Assembly (NCBI GenBank): GCA_965214405.1
Contig: OZ243956.1
Coordinates: forward strand, 1,088,001-1,152,000
Direction of reading: 5' to 3'
DNA from: Trueperaceae bacterium
GTDB lineage: Bacteria > Deinococcota > Deinococci > Deinococcales > Trueperaceae
Length of the DNA stretch: 64,000 nt
Each line of letters begins with the position of its first letter. The first letter of the stretch is position 1. Under the pieces are notes generated by a model that saw nothing but the letters and a program-made list of their open reading frames with translations, was not told the origin of the DNA and made no database searches. This document shows, in pieces, positions 19,692 through 29,195 of the stretch. A program made the translations under genes and the position numbers.

Positions 19692-19831
19692 GATCTAGGG
19701 GTTAGGTCACGTTGAACTCAATATGAGGCGTAGCCGTTGAAACAGGAGTTGGCGTTTGTATCCTTCTGCGGCAAGTCGCCCAACTGCTGAATCGGCTAGC
19801 CTACTTCTCTAATTTAAATAGGGAGGTAGCC

Positions 19832-21034
19832 ATGACTAAACGAGCCAACGGCGAGGGTTGTCTGCGCAAGCGGGTGAGGGTGCGAAGGGACAGCTCGAGC
19901 TACGTTCGATACTCGGCCGTCATCACTACGAAATGCACCTTGGCCCAGAAGCAAAAGCGCTTAGAAGGTCCGTCTCGCGAGACACGCGAGGAGGCCCTTG
20001 TCGACCTAGAGAAACTCCGCGAGACTAAGACCTGTGGCTCCTTTAACTCCTACACCACCAACCTAGGCGACTACCTCGATTATTGGCTCAGTCAGGTCCG
20101 GCCGAGAGAAACATGGGCCGTGTCCCGCAAACAGCTCGCTCCGAAAACCTATCAGGGATACCGGGGGGACGTCGAGCACTTTATCAGACCTGCTCTGGGC
20201 AACCTAAAACTCGGCAGACTGGAACCTATGGCCCTACAACGGTGGCAAGACAGGCTCGAGCGTGAACACGGCCCTTTCGTCGCCAAGAACGCTAGCGCTA
20301 CCTTGTCAAGCGCCTTGACGAGGGCCGTACGCTGGCGGCTTCTTGGAGAAAGTCCTTTTGATAAGGGAGCGGTATCCAAGATTATCGTGCCCTGGGTCGA
20401 GGCAGATTATTGGGAGCCGAGCGAAGCTAAGCGATTTATCACCGCCGAAGAAACAAGGCAACATCCTTACTTCGTCGCTTATTACTTGACCCTAAACCTG
20501 GGCTTCAGAATGAGCGAACTGCGCGGCCTGATGTGGCAAGATATCACGTACCTCGAGAACAGGAGTACGAGTAAACCTGAACCCCACATTTATGTCCAAC
20601 GTCAAGCCGTCAATGACCGCCAGGTTCCCACCTTTTCCGAACGGCTCAAGACGAAGGCGTCCAAGCGTTGCATTCCCTTACCCAGCTCGGCTGTTGAGCT
20701 ATTACGTCAGCATCAGAGGGAGCAACGGCATGGAGCGTAAAATCTCGGCACCATCGTCACAAACGCTTCTGGAGGGGTCCCGACGGCGGGCCACCTGAGA
20801 CGCGAGTTTTACAAACTCAGTGAGATGGCTAAGGTGCGCCGCATCAAATTTCACGGGCTAAGGCACACGGCCGGGTCGCTGTGGATTGAGGCTGGGGTCA
20901 GCTTACTCAGGGCGTCACGCTGGTTGGGTCACAGTCACATGCGGACGACGGAGAAAATCTATATCCATCTCTTACGGGAAGCGTCGTACGGGGAGAGTAT
21001 TTCGCTCGAGCGCATGCTCAACATCGGCACGTAG
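19832..21034 (+). pseudogene. Tyrosine recombinase (phage-type integrase) with a single in-frame stop
   Basis: LGFRMSELRGL and LKTKASKR in 19832-20740; FHGLRHT, LGHS and KIYIH in the same frame after TAA at 20738-20740. Confidence 0.88.
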
Positions 21035-21060
21035 TGGAAGTAGTGGGAAAGGTAGTGGAA
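21031..21060. repeat. Three GTAGTGG(A/G)A direct repeats, putative integrase arm-type sites
   Basis: GTAGTGGAA-GTAGTGGGA-aag-GTAGTGGAA between the integrase stop and the att core; related TAGTAGGGA pairs at 8867-8886 and 21268-21287. Confidence 0.6.
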
Positions 21061-21117
21061 CATCCTCGAGCTGCTAATCGACGCAAATCGAGGATGTTCG
21101 TCCAGCAAGGCTTCCTT

Positions 21118-21162
21118 TGGTGCGCCCGAGAGGATTCGAACCCCTGGCCTTCTGATCCGTAG
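21118..21162 (-). repeat. att core copy 2: 3' half of tRNA-Arg(ACG)
   Basis: Minus strand CTACGGATCAGAAGGCCAGGGGTTCGAATCCTCTCGGGCGCACCA; again no 5' half. Confidence 0.88.
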
Positions 21163-21344
21163 CTTTTTAACTTTCGCAAAGTCTATTGGAGTTGTAGGAA
21201 AATTAGCTCCTAAACGGGTTTGCTGAGCATACCCCTAACCAAACTCAAACATAGCTTGCTCAAGTCTTAGTAGGGAGATAGTAGGGAGAGGGCTGCCCTA
21301 GGCCATGAGTGCAACGACTTTTACTGTCCCGGCACGCTAGTCCA

Positions 21345-21901
21345 AAGCTATGCACTTTAGTGCAAGACTTTAGTTGCTACTCATCTCCAAGCTGCTGGTA
21401 AAGTCAGTTGCGTGAGCAAGAACCGCTACAGCAGCCATACCGCAAGTCGATTGACGGTGCATCTGGTGTGGGTGACGAAGTACCGCTACCAGGTACTGAA
21501 AGGGGAAGTGCAGGTGCGCTGCAAGGACCTTATCGTGCAGGTGTGTGACGCCGAGGACGTGCGGATACTCAAAGGGGTGGTGAGTAAAGACCACGTCCAT
21601 ATGCACGTCGAGTACCCGCCCGCGCTGTCGGTGAGCAACCTCATGAAGCGCGTGAAAGGGAGAACCTCACGGCTGTTGCAGCAAGAATTCCCGCATCTGG
21701 AGAAGCGCTACTGGGGCAAGCGCATGGGGGCGGTGGGCTACGGAGCGTGGAGCACGGGGAACATCACCGAGGAGATGGTGCAGCAGTACCTGGAACACCA
21801 CAGGCGGCCCTCGAACCAGGAGAACGAGACGTTCATCCTGGAAAAGTAGGCAGGACTTTAGTCCGTCTCAAAACCTATGTACTTTAGTGCATAGGTGTTT
21901 A
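21345..21901 (+). mobile_element. IS200-like element (tnpA only)
   Basis: Related subterminal hairpins TGCACTTTAGTGCA (~21351-21364) and ACCTATGTACTTTAGTGCATAGGT (~21873-21896) flank tnpA; no tnpB. Confidence 0.8.
21412..21849 (+). CDS. tnpA: IS200/IS605 Y1 HUH transposase
   Basis: HLVWVTKYRY, DHVHM (HUH), KGRTS and QQYLEHH (catalytic Tyr). Confidence 0.93.
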   Translation: MSKNRYSSHTASRLTVHLVWVTKYRYQVLKGEVQVRCKDLIVQVCDAEDVRILKGVVSKDHVHMHVEYPPALSVSNLMKRVKGRTSRLLQQEFPHLEKRYWGKRMGAVGYGAWSTGNITEEMVQQYLEHHRRPSNQENETFILEK

Positions 21902-22118
21902 GTACGAGAGTTTAGTGCTTTTCACGTAATGCTTATGCAACGAACGGCCCGTAAAGTCGCAGAAGAAGGACGTTCGCGTTGGTGCGCGCTTCTACGGTTC
22001 TTACCTACAGTAGATCGTCCCACAGAAGGTTTCGCGCATAATCTCTTGATGTAACGATCAGTTGCCGAGACGGCTTGTACGCTTGGAAGGAGAGAACGGG
22101 GGTGATGTGGAGGTGAGT

Positions 22119-22715
22119 GTGGCCGAGGGTCGAATCTTGGTCGTTGTGGTCGGGTGCAGCGGGGCCGGGAAATCTACCTTTGCGCGTGCTCTGGGTGATC
22201 GCCTCGCGGCGGGCGGGGTACGCACGGTGGCTGTTGATCTGGACCTCGTCGTCGAGATGGCGTGTGGACATGAAGGATTCCCGGTCACCCATGAGGCGTG
22301 GTCGGGGGCGCGGCGGGCGGCGGCAGGGTTGGTGGACGGCTTCTTCGAGGCTGGCGTGGACCTGGTCGTGCTCGAGGGGGATGTTTGGTCAAGCTATATG
22401 GTTGGCGGGGATGCCGGGGTGTGGTACGAGGCGTGGACCGACTTTGTGGAGCAGGTGTGTTCGGACCCCGAGACGCTTCTGCTCGCTTTGCGGGTCTCAT
22501 ATGAGGAAGCTTTACGGCGTGTTCAGGGTGATGAGGGGCGTGGGTTGTCGCGCGATCCGGAGTGGTTGCGTAAGGATCAAGCACGTTTCGAGCGCGCTCT
22601 CGAGTCGCTGAACGGGTGGCGGGTGCTCGAGTCGGACGGGCGGAGGGTCGGCGAGCTCGTTGACGAGGTTATCGGCTCGTTGGTTGAGAGGGGGTTGGTG
22701 AGGGCGACGCCGTAG
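22119..22715 (+). CDS. P-loop kinase-like protein (NMP kinase / AAA_33-like)
   Basis: VVVVGCSGAGKST Walker A, VDLD and EALRRV lid-like motif; GTG start behind GGAGG. Confidence 0.7.
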   Translation: MAEGRILVVVVGCSGAGKSTFARALGDRLAAGGVRTVAVDLDLVVEMACGHEGFPVTHEAWSGARRAAAGLVDGFFEAGVDLVVLEGDVWSSYMVGGDAGVWYEAWTDFVEQVCSDPETLLLALRVSYEEALRRVQGDEGRGLSRDPEWLRKDQARFERALESLNGWRVLESDGRRVGELVDEVIGSLVERGLVRATP

Positions 22716-23104
22716 CCATAGTAGCCGCCTAGAGTGTGGCAGAGACCTGGCTGCTGAAGCGCCGACTTTGATGTGTAAGGTGCGTACGCCCTTCTGCAAC
22801 AGACGCGCGCAACTCCCGCATAGTGGTGCATCCGCTAAGTTCTACATCGTTTGCTCAGCCGACTTTCCTCGTCTCTAATGTGTAGCCGCGCTAGAGAATT
22901 TTACGACGAATTTCCGAGATGAACCGCTAAGCACAAACACGCCGCTAAACACTCCAGTGGGATGTGACAGACCTGGGATTACTCTATTCTGATGGAGTAA
23001 TCCCACTTGTACAGGACGGGCATCCCAAAGCTCCCGCGCTGCTTGCTCAGGAGCTTGGACAACCGATCCCCCTTGTCGGGGATTCGCCGGTCACGCAAAA
23101 TGCC

Positions 23105-24691
23105 TTAAGGAAAGGTGTTACGCAGCCAACTGATGACGCCCAAGTCGCCGGGGGTAATCCGCCTGGCCCGGTTCGGATGGTCGGCACCGGAACTGCATAC
23201 CCCGCAGTCAGTCGAATGATGCACCATACTGACCACCGGCACCCACTGGTCCCGCGTTTCGTTGTAGCGGTAGTGGTACATAGAGCTTCCGCTATGTCCG
23301 CCGCTGGTACCGCAAGCGTGTTTGATCACGCGGTTCCAGCCGTCTGGGCCGGGGCTGAAGTAGTCTCCAAGGTCGCACGGTTGCGAATCGCCAAAGAGCC
23401 TTGCCCAGTAGAACGTCTCTCCGAACGCGTCTTCATCGCAGAGAGAGGGTCTGTTATCGGCGGAGCCTCCACACTTCGGGTAGCCCCGGTTATAGTGCGT
23501 CCGCCCGTCTAGATAGGACCCGGGACCGGCCCAGTAGCCCATCCAGCCGGTCAGGTCGCCCAAGCGGTCGGGAACGACGATGAGCCCCCAATCCCACTCG
23601 GGGCACTTGTAGTCCTCACCCGCGCAGGCCTGGGAGCGCCAGGGGGCGGGCATGAAGTACCAGGCTTCGGTGCCCGGGTCGGGCTCGAGCTTGATGGTCG
23701 AAGAACCGTAAGGGCTGCCGTTGAGGCCGTTCCTGCCGGGGTCGACTTGCACCGTAAACCAGGTGTTGGTGCCGCGCCTGTTGATACAGTGCGCCGCGGT
23801 GATAAGGTGGCGGGGGCCGATGAGCGTGCCGGTGCAGTTAGAGTCCTCCCTACCAAACTGTGAGACAGCGCGCCAAGGCCAGCTTGTCGTGGAGAACCGG
23901 ACAAGCCGACCGTCGGCGCCGTTGCTCCAGCCTTGGGGAATGATGGGTCGTTCGTTACCGGCGGGGTCGTCAACGCCTTCGGTGGCGTTTGTCAGGCCTC
24001 GAGCCTCTTGAAAAGCGTGGACGGCCTCTAGGAGCGGTTGCTCGAACAGAAGCTCGAATTCGTTGCCCGTGGTGGGGTTGAACACGCGGAAAGCGACCCG
24101 ACCGTACTCCGCCTCCTCGACGGGCACTTCGCTCGAGGGGTCGGTGCCGGGCGCGTCCTCGCCGACAAAAACTGCTTCCTCTGGGGGGTCATTGCTCAGC
24201 GTTCCCTTGCCGACAAACCGCACCGTCAGGTGCTCGTTAATCTGTACGGGCCCGGCGGGCGGGTCTTTTGCTGAAATAACCTCGCGCAGCTCTTCCGTGC
24301 CGAACTGGTCTTTGAGCGTCAGCCGCAACTCCGCCGCTTTACTCAGGCTGCCCGCCACGCCCCCGACGCTGAGCGTCCGCACGCCCGTGGCCGCGTCTTC
24401 GCCGGCTTTCAGGGTCAGCGTACGGCTCGTTTTGGCGGTGTCGGGGCCGAAGTCGCCGGTCAGGTCACTCACGTCCCCTTCCAAGCTGAGCGCGACCGCG
24501 CCATCAAAACCGCCCGTGGCGCTGATGGTGACGGTAACTTGCGCTTCGGCGTTTTGTGCTATCGCCGTAGCGGAGGGTGAAAGCTCGAGCGAGAAGTCGG
24601 GCGTCTCGTCGTTCCGCTCTTTTGTACAGGCGAGTAAGAGTAGGGCGGTGAGCAAGGGGGATACGAACCATTTGAGGTAGGAGTGTTTCAC
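23105..24691 (-). CDS. Lipoprotein with a C-terminal trypsin-like (V8-type) serine protease domain
   Basis: Lipobox LLAC; CTGTLIGPRHLITAAHC (His), WDWGL (Asp), GGHSGS (Ser); Ig-like N-terminal region. Confidence 0.85.
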   Translation of the reverse strand: MKHSYLKWFVSPLLTALLLLACTKERNDETPDFSLELSPSATAIAQNAEAQVTVTISATGGFDGAVALSLEGDVSDLTGDFGPDTAKTSRTLTLKAGEDAATGVRTLSVGGVAGSLSKAAELRLTLKDQFGTEELREVISAKDPPAGPVQINEHLTVRFVGKGTLSNDPPEEAVFVGEDAPGTDPSSEVPVEEAEYGRVAFRVFNPTTGNEFELLFEQPLLEAVHAFQEARGLTNATEGVDDPAGNERPIIPQGWSNGADGRLVRFSTTSWPWRAVSQFGREDSNCTGTLIGPRHLITAAHCINRRGTNTWFTVQVDPGRNGLNGSPYGSSTIKLEPDPGTEAWYFMPAPWRSQACAGEDYKCPEWDWGLIVVPDRLGDLTGWMGYWAGPGSYLDGRTHYNRGYPKCGGSADNRPSLCDEDAFGETFYWARLFGDSQPCDLGDYFSPGPDGWNRVIKHACGTSGGHSGSSMYHYRYNETRDQWVPVVSMVHHSTDCGVCSSGADHPNRARRITPGDLGVISWLRNTFP

Positions 24692-24970
24692 GCGAATCCT
24701 TTCGGTACTGTGAGGGTCTGGGTGAACTCTAGGGTTGACCTCAGAATGTTTATGTTCTAGGCGAATACCGTCAATCTTGTGTCACCTCCAACCGGACGGA
24801 TGTGTACAACGTTGTCGTTCGCACCTTAGCCGGGTCGGCATGAACCGGGCGTGAAAGGCGCATTCACGCTTGCTCCGCTACATAGAGTCGTCTGGCAGGC
24901 GTGGTCGTTCAGGGCGTGGTCGGGTCGCCCTGATTTTGAGAAGACGAGCGTCGTCCTCTACAATAGGGCC

Positions 24971-27900
24971 ATGCAGCTTAGAGCGCTCGGGGGGCTAAAG
25001 CTCGGCGGCTCGACGTTCGGGAAGCCGAAGCCGCTGTTGCTGCTCGCTTACGTGCTGCTCGAGGGACCCCTCGAGCGGCGTCACGTGGCGGAGCTTTTCT
25101 GGCCTCGAGCGGCAAATCACCTCAACAGTCTGTCGCAGGCGCTGTCACAGGTGCGCCGGGCCGCGCCGGGCGTTCTGGAAACCGACGAGGCGAGGGTATG
25201 GGCGAGCTTGGCCTCCGATGTCGGGGAGGTGCTGGACGCCCTCGAAAAGGGTGACGAGGCGCGCGCCGTGGGCCGCTATCAGGCCCCGTTTCTGGAGGGG
25301 GTTTTCTTGCACGGCTGGGGAGCCGAACTCGAGGAATGGGTCAATAACACCCGCGAAGCGGTGGCGGGGCGGGTGCGCGGCGCACACCTCAAGCTAGCCG
25401 AGACGGCAGCGACCGAACTCCGGGTCGGCGAAGCCCTTCACCATGCGGAGGCGGCTTTTACCCTCAGCGCAGCTCCCCCCCTGGAGCCGAGCGAGCTAAC
25501 ACGCCTGCACCGGCTGTTCCTGCTTGGAGAGAGCATTTACCTGCCTCGGTTACGGGTAGAAGCCGAAGGCTACGATATGGCGCTCGAAGGGACCAAGCAG
25601 GAGGCCGCGCGCTCTTTTCAAGCCGACAAAGCTCCCGACGCTCCCTGGTCACTCCCGACCAAAGGAACGACCTTTATCGGGCGCGAGCTGGAGAGGGCCG
25701 AGCTGGGTGAGATGCTGCGGCGAGGCGACTGCCGCCTGGTTACGGTCGTGGGCCAGGGAGGTACCGGGAAAACGCGTCTGGCCCTGGAAGTCGCCGCGCA
25801 ACAGGCCGAGGGGGGGTCGTTCCGGGACGGCGTATACTTCGTGGAGCTCGATACCTTGGCGGACCCCGGTGCTGTTGCGCCCAAAGTGGCGAAGGTGCTG
25901 GGCCTCACGCTGCAGGGTCCGCACGACCCCGCCACGCAGCTACAGCACTACTTGCAGAGCAGACGGTCTCTGCTGGTTTTTGACAACTTCGAACACCTGC
26001 TGGCTGGTGCCGCGTGGGTGTCCGAGCTGCTGGCCGCTTGCCCGCATCTGAAGGCGTTGGTGACGTCGCGTGAGCGGCTGCACCTAGAGGAAGAGTGGCT
26101 GTTTTCGCTCGGCGGGCTGGCGTATCCGGGGGGCGGCGCGACCCTCGAGGAGGCGCGAGGATTTGACGCAACGCAACTCTTCGTGGAGCGGGCCCGGCGG
26201 GTGAAGAAAAGCTTTGAGCTTACCGAAGACACCTGGGAGACCGTCGCCGAGATCTGTACCCTGGTTGAGGGTTCGCCCTTAGCCATTGAGCTCGCCGCGG
26301 GCTGGGTCAAGACCGTCGTCCCGGAAGACCTCTCTACGGAGATGAAAAAAAACATCGACATTTTACGCACCCGAACCCGGAACATCCCGAACCGCCACCA
26401 GAGCATCCGGGCGGCGTTCGACCATTCCTGGGCGCTGCTCACCCTTCAGGAGAGCGTGGGGCTGAGCAAGCTGGCCGTGTTTCAGGGCGGGTTTACCAGA
26501 GAGGAGGCGGACAGCGTAGCGGACGTGCCGGTGAGCGTGCTGGCGTCTTTGGTCGACAAGTCGCTCGTGCAAGAGCCGCGCGGCGGGCGCTACGGCCTTC
26601 ACCCCCTGCTGCACCAGTACGCGCTCGAGAAGCTCCTCGAGCGTCCGGAGCTTGTTGGCACAGTGCAAGAACGCCACCAAACGTTTTACCTAAAGGCGCT
26701 TCAAGCCTGGCGCGATTCGGAAGCGTTCCCCAGTCCCCGGACGATAGCGGCGCTCGCGCCCGACATCCATAACATCCTCGCGGCCTGGCGCCGCACCTTC
26801 GCGGCGGGCTGCGGGGAGGTCAGCCGCGCCGCCGAGGCGCTGACCTGGTACTTCGAGGTGCGGGCGCAGTACCACGAGGGGCTCGAGCAGTTGGCCCTGG
26901 CTTTCGAAACGGCTTTCGAGTCGGCCTTTGGGGCCGCCTCGTCGGAGAGGGAGAGCTGCCGAGAAGTTTTGGGCAACCTTCGGGTGTACCAAGCTTGGCT
27001 CGGTCACTGGCTGGAGAACGAGCGGGCGGAGGCCTGGACCGAGGAGGGTCTGGGCTACCTCCGCCCGCTCGGGGCCGTGGACGGCATCATCTTGGGGCTA
27101 CGCGTGCTTGGCATCATCGCCTGGCGCAGGGGCGCGTATCCCGAAGCGGAGCGGACCTACCGGGAGGCCTTAAGCCTCGCCCGGACGACGCGCAAAAGAG
27201 TCTGGGAGGCCGTCGTTCTCGATGGCCTGGGTTTGGCGCTGTCCTGCCAGGGGTATTACGAGGAGGCGGAGCGCTGCCACGCGGCGGCGCTCGACCTCAA
27301 CCGGGCGCTTGACAACCCGTTCCAGCAGGTCCATAACCTCGCCAACCTGGCCGCCGTCTCCAGGCGCGCGGGCCGACGCGACGACCTCTTGACGCTGGCC
27401 GGGCAGGCGCTGAATCTCGCCAGAAAAATTGAGTTCAACCAGTATGTCCCCTATTGCGTGACCGAGCTCGCTTGGGCGCACGCGCGGCTGGGGGCGCATG
27501 GTGAAGCGGAAGCCACTGCCCTCGAGGGGTACAACCTGGCATCTTCTATTGGGGATAACTGGACGCAGGCCGGGGCACTCTTGCTTCTGGGGCACCTCGG
27601 CACAGAAACCTACGACTTCGCGCGTGCTCAGGGGATGCTCGAGCAAAGCGCCGCCATCGCCCTTGCCAACGGCGACCTGTCACTCGTCCTCCGCGGTCTC
27701 TACAGAGCCGCTCGCCTCGAGGCCGCGCGGGGCGGTAGAGAGCGGGTTGCGCTGTGGCTTATGTGGTTGGGGGCGCACCCGGCGCTGCCACACTGGACGG
27801 CCCGCGCGGTGCGCGACCTCCTCTTTTCGGTGGGTGAAGTGCTGCCGCCCGCTGTCCTCGAGCAACTGCGCGAGCAGAGCGTAGGGCTGAGCCTCGAGGA

Positions 27901-27973
27901 GATGCTCGCCGCAGCTCTGCCGGGTGCGAGTCGGGCCTGCGGGCGCGTGGGCGGAAGTCGCGCGGCCCCATGA
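24971..27973 (+). CDS. AfsR/SARP-like STAND regulator (BTAD-like, NB-ARC ATPase, TPR repeats)
   Basis: MQLRALGG..LLAY..VAELFWP N-terminus; FIGRELE, GQGGTGKT, LLVFDNFEH, TSRERL, GSPLAIELAA; C-terminal TPRs. Confidence 0.88.
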   Translation: MQLRALGGLKLGGSTFGKPKPLLLLAYVLLEGPLERRHVAELFWPRAANHLNSLSQALSQVRRAAPGVLETDEARVWASLASDVGEVLDALEKGDEARAVGRYQAPFLEGVFLHGWGAELEEWVNNTREAVAGRVRGAHLKLAETAATELRVGEALHHAEAAFTLSAAPPLEPSELTRLHRLFLLGESIYLPRLRVEAEGYDMALEGTKQEAARSFQADKAPDAPWSLPTKGTTFIGRELERAELGEMLRRGDCRLVTVVGQGGTGKTRLALEVAAQQAEGGSFRDGVYFVELDTLADPGAVAPKVAKVLGLTLQGPHDPATQLQHYLQSRRSLLVFDNFEHLLAGAAWVSELLAACPHLKALVTSRERLHLEEEWLFSLGGLAYPGGGATLEEARGFDATQLFVERARRVKKSFELTEDTWETVAEICTLVEGSPLAIELAAGWVKTVVPEDLSTEMKKNIDILRTRTRNIPNRHQSIRAAFDHSWALLTLQESVGLSKLAVFQGGFTREEADSVADVPVSVLASLVDKSLVQEPRGGRYGLHPLLHQYALEKLLERPELVGTVQERHQTFYLKALQAWRDSEAFPSPRTIAALAPDIHNILAAWRRTFAAGCGEVSRAAEALTWYFEVRAQYHEGLEQLALAFETAFESAFGAASSERESCREVLGNLRVYQAWLGHWLENERAEAWTEEGLGYLRPLGAVDGIILGLRVLGIIAWRRGAYPEAERTYREALSLARTTRKRVWEAVVLDGLGLALSCQGYYEEAERCHAAALDLNRALDNPFQQVHNLANLAAVSRRAGRRDDLLTLAGQALNLARKIEFNQYVPYCVTELAWAHARLGAHGEAEATALEGYNLASSIGDNWTQAGALLLLGHLGTETYDFARAQGMLEQSAAIALANGDLSLVLRGLYRAARLEAARGGRERVALWLMWLGAHPALPHWTARAVRDLLFSVGEVLPPAVLEQLREQSVGLSLEEMLAAALPGASRACGRVGGSRAAP

Positions 27974-28013
27974 GCTTTGCCAAGGTGTGCAGGCGCGTCT
28001 TCTCGGGCTTGTG

Positions 28014-28372
28014 CTACCAGCGCTTGATGGCGATGAGCGGAATCTCGTTCAAGGTGGCATAGCTTTTGACGGTAAGGTCGGCTACCCCTTCCTCGCGCCC
28101 AAGTGCCGCGAGTTCTAGGCCGTGCAGGTACCTCTCGAGCGCGACGCGGTCGTAAAACAGGTGCAGGCTACCCGCCTCGGCGCCAGCCTGGTCAATGAAC
28201 CAGGTTTTCCAGATGAGCCCAGGGGTGCTGGCGACGGTTTTCGCCAAAAGGTTGACGAGTTCTTGGTAGACGTTGCCTGGCCCCCGGTAGCAAAAACTCA
28301 CAAGCAGGAGATATCGTGAGGTCCCACCTCACGACGTTCGGGTGACTTTGTCGCCGTGGTCCTCGTTTTCAT
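28014..28372 (-). pseudogene. YdhR-family monooxygenase-like protein, possibly frameshifted at the 5' end
   Basis: PGLIWKTW..EAGSLHLFYD motif in 28014-28301; the RBS-preceded ATG at 28372 is in a different frame. Confidence 0.55.
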
Positions 28373-28624
28373 CGCGGGCTCCTTCTCCAGTTAAGTTTGT
28401 TGGGTGTGGTGCAGGGTTGCTGTAGAGTGCAACAAGAGGCGTGAACGTCTCGTGAAGACACGGTTCATGCTTGGTCTGTCAGGTCGTTTTGAAAACGGTG
28501 CTCCAGTTTTTATGGTGTTTGAGGGGAGGACAAACGCAAAAAGTTTCAAGCCTCGCGGGATGCTTGTGTGGTTAACGCGCGCAACTCGCGCAGAGGCCAA
28601 ATCCTTTTGAGGTACAATGGCGCT

Positions 28625-28840
28625 ATGGCAACCCCCGCCTACCAAGAAATCGTTGATCTTATCGCAGGCGCAAATCCCTCCGGCGTCGTTTCCTTTCGCC
28701 CCTCTGAAAGAGCGCAGGCTCGGGTCACTGAGCTTGTTGAGCAGGAAAAGACTCAGGGTCCCAGGATGAGCGCCGCGAGCTCGACCAGTATATGTAGCTC
28801 GAGCACGTGATGCGTTTGGCTAAGGCCAGGCAGCTCCTGA
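28625..28840 (+). pseudogene. Degraded small partner gene of the HNH nuclease
   Basis: MATPAYQEIVDLIAG..FRPSERAQARVTELV, then a frameshift and stop in ERRELDQYM*LEHVMRLAKARQ. Confidence 0.55.
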
Positions 28841-29195
28841 GTGAGTAGAACGTATATCTCGGCGGACCTCCGTCAACGCGTCGCACTTAGAGCTAGGAGA
28901 TGTTGCGAGTACTGCTTGATCCATAAAGACGACAGCTATTACGCAGATTGACCACGTCATCAGCGAGAAGCATGGCGGACAACCTGAAGAGGATGACTTA
29001 GCGCTTGCTCGCGTCGTCCGCAACCGCGCCAAGGGAAGTGACGTGGGTTCGGTAGATTGGGACGCCGGAGTGTTTGTGCGCTTCTACAACCCGCAGACGG
29101 ACCGCTAGGCTGAGCATTTCGACCTCGACGGGGTGCAAATCATGCCGCTTACCGACGTCGCTCGCGTCACTGAACGTTTGCTACAGCTCAACTCC
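28841..29195 (+). pseudogene. Degraded HNH endonuclease
   Basis: [28 protein letters not shown] / [31 protein letters not shown]; frameshift, internal stop and loss of the second CxxC. Confidence 0.75.

Larger units (their letters stand above)
8716..21162. mobile_element. ~12.4-kb tRNA-Arg-targeting integrative genomic island
   Basis: Flanked by 45-bp direct repeats (2 mismatches) of the tRNA 3' half; tyrosine integrase next to the right att; short direct repeats resembling arm sites near both ends. Confidence 0.82.

Noticed and set aside
21345..21901. IS605-type TnpB/omega-RNA system
   Set aside because: The right-end hairpin follows tnpA directly, leaving no room for tnpB.
24971..27973. 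Avs-type antiviral STAND protein
   Set aside because: The N-terminus is a transcription-activator-type domain, not a nuclease, protease or other Avs effector.
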